A DNA stretch of 31,772 nt. Source: Macrostomum lignano. Lineage: Eukaryota. Numbering within the stretch: the stretch's first letter is position 1; each line of letters begins with the position of its first letter. Positions 31,037 to 31,772 of this stretch are shown one piece after another. The position numbers and the translations under genes were made by a program. Location of the stretch: the NCBI GenBank assembly GCA_002269645.1, contig NIVC01004911.1, forward strand, positions 1 through 31,772, given 5' to 3'. Under the pieces are notes generated by a model. The model saw only the letters and a list, made by a program, of their open reading frames with translations. It did no database searches and was not told the origin of the DNA.

Positions 31037-31772
31037 GCCACCAAGAGCCACTGACAATGTCCGCGGGCTGGTCAATCGCATTGAAGAAGTCGGCCAGACT
31101 GCTGTAGAAATTCAAAACCGCTCCCTTTCCGCTCCTCGAAACTTTTTATTCACACTGTTGGGCTGTAGGCAGAAGATGGCAGTGGTGAGACCCAGCTCTG
31201 AGTGGGCTCACCACCTGACTCCGCATTGTTCATAGTTTAACTTCTCTAGTTTTTTCGTAACCACTTCCAGCTGCTGTTGTGGTTAAGGAATACGCATTTC
31301 TGACCTGACTCAGGGGATAAGTCCACATTTTCCAATGATGCTAGTTTGACGATATCAACTTTAGTTTGAATTGATTTAGCGGTAGATGATTTAGGTTTAT
31401 ACAACCAGTCGCAGCATGCGTATGCAATTGCAACTTTTAGACCAAAACTACTTGGTGCAGTTGCATTATTGGTCTTGCGTGTGGGCATTAAGCAGCAGCA
31501 AAACACTATATTCCGTGTGAGCTATAAGTGAGCTTTTTCCGCCAGGATGCTTTTACAATACAAAAGCATTATATTGTAACTATTAAGCACTAAATGTTGA
31601 ATGTACGCTCGTAACATTTGAAATTAAAGTGGCTTCTTATCCAAGTTCTAGTTATCAAGGTACACCTGTTTTTGTATAAGGGCTTTTATATTGGGTTTCA
31701 GATTCTGCCTGCTGGGAGGCCAGACGACAAACTTTGACAGACGACAGAATATTACTGAGAGATTACGGCATC

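Noticed and set aside
31184-31216. Hairpin GTGGTGAG...CTCACCAC as a Helitron 3' end
   Set aside because: The nearest CTAG is about 30 nt away, too far for the usual spacing, and no other Helitron features are present.

Overview
Eukaryotic (metazoan) genomic DNA with GT-AG spliceosomal introns. The GC-rich exons, minisatellite-filled introns and flatworm-type orphan GPCR suggest a free-living flatworm such as Macrostomum (inference). Most ORFs in the supplied track are antisense shadows, TTG/GTG-start artefacts or translated satellites. Gene models built by hand from splice sites and frame: LRRC9 (minus strand, 5 exons, runs off the left edge); head-to-head GPAA1 (plus, 7 exons, 632 aa); a broken LRAT/PLAAT-like (NCEHF) relic; a short 3-exon CEP164-like WW protein ending in -CC; a 4-exon RNF217-type RBR E3 ligase with a duplicated IBR-RING2 module; an orphan coding-like exon; an intronless class A GPCR; and a 5'-truncated RNase H-bearing LINE with a TSD. 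Repeats: three copies of one tRNA-derived SINE (CORE/Meta-like centre), a possible second SINE, at least nine tandem arrays and two inverted-repeat structures. The most unusual signals are the RNF217 module duplication with a dead second RING2, a 1.9 kb CpG-free deamination scar in GPAA1 intron 1, intron-filling minisatellites built from splice-site-like words, and SINE copies with a homogenised core, swapped tails and a head-derived minisatellite. No CRISPR array, true tRNA or prokaryotic system was found. All counts were made by eye.
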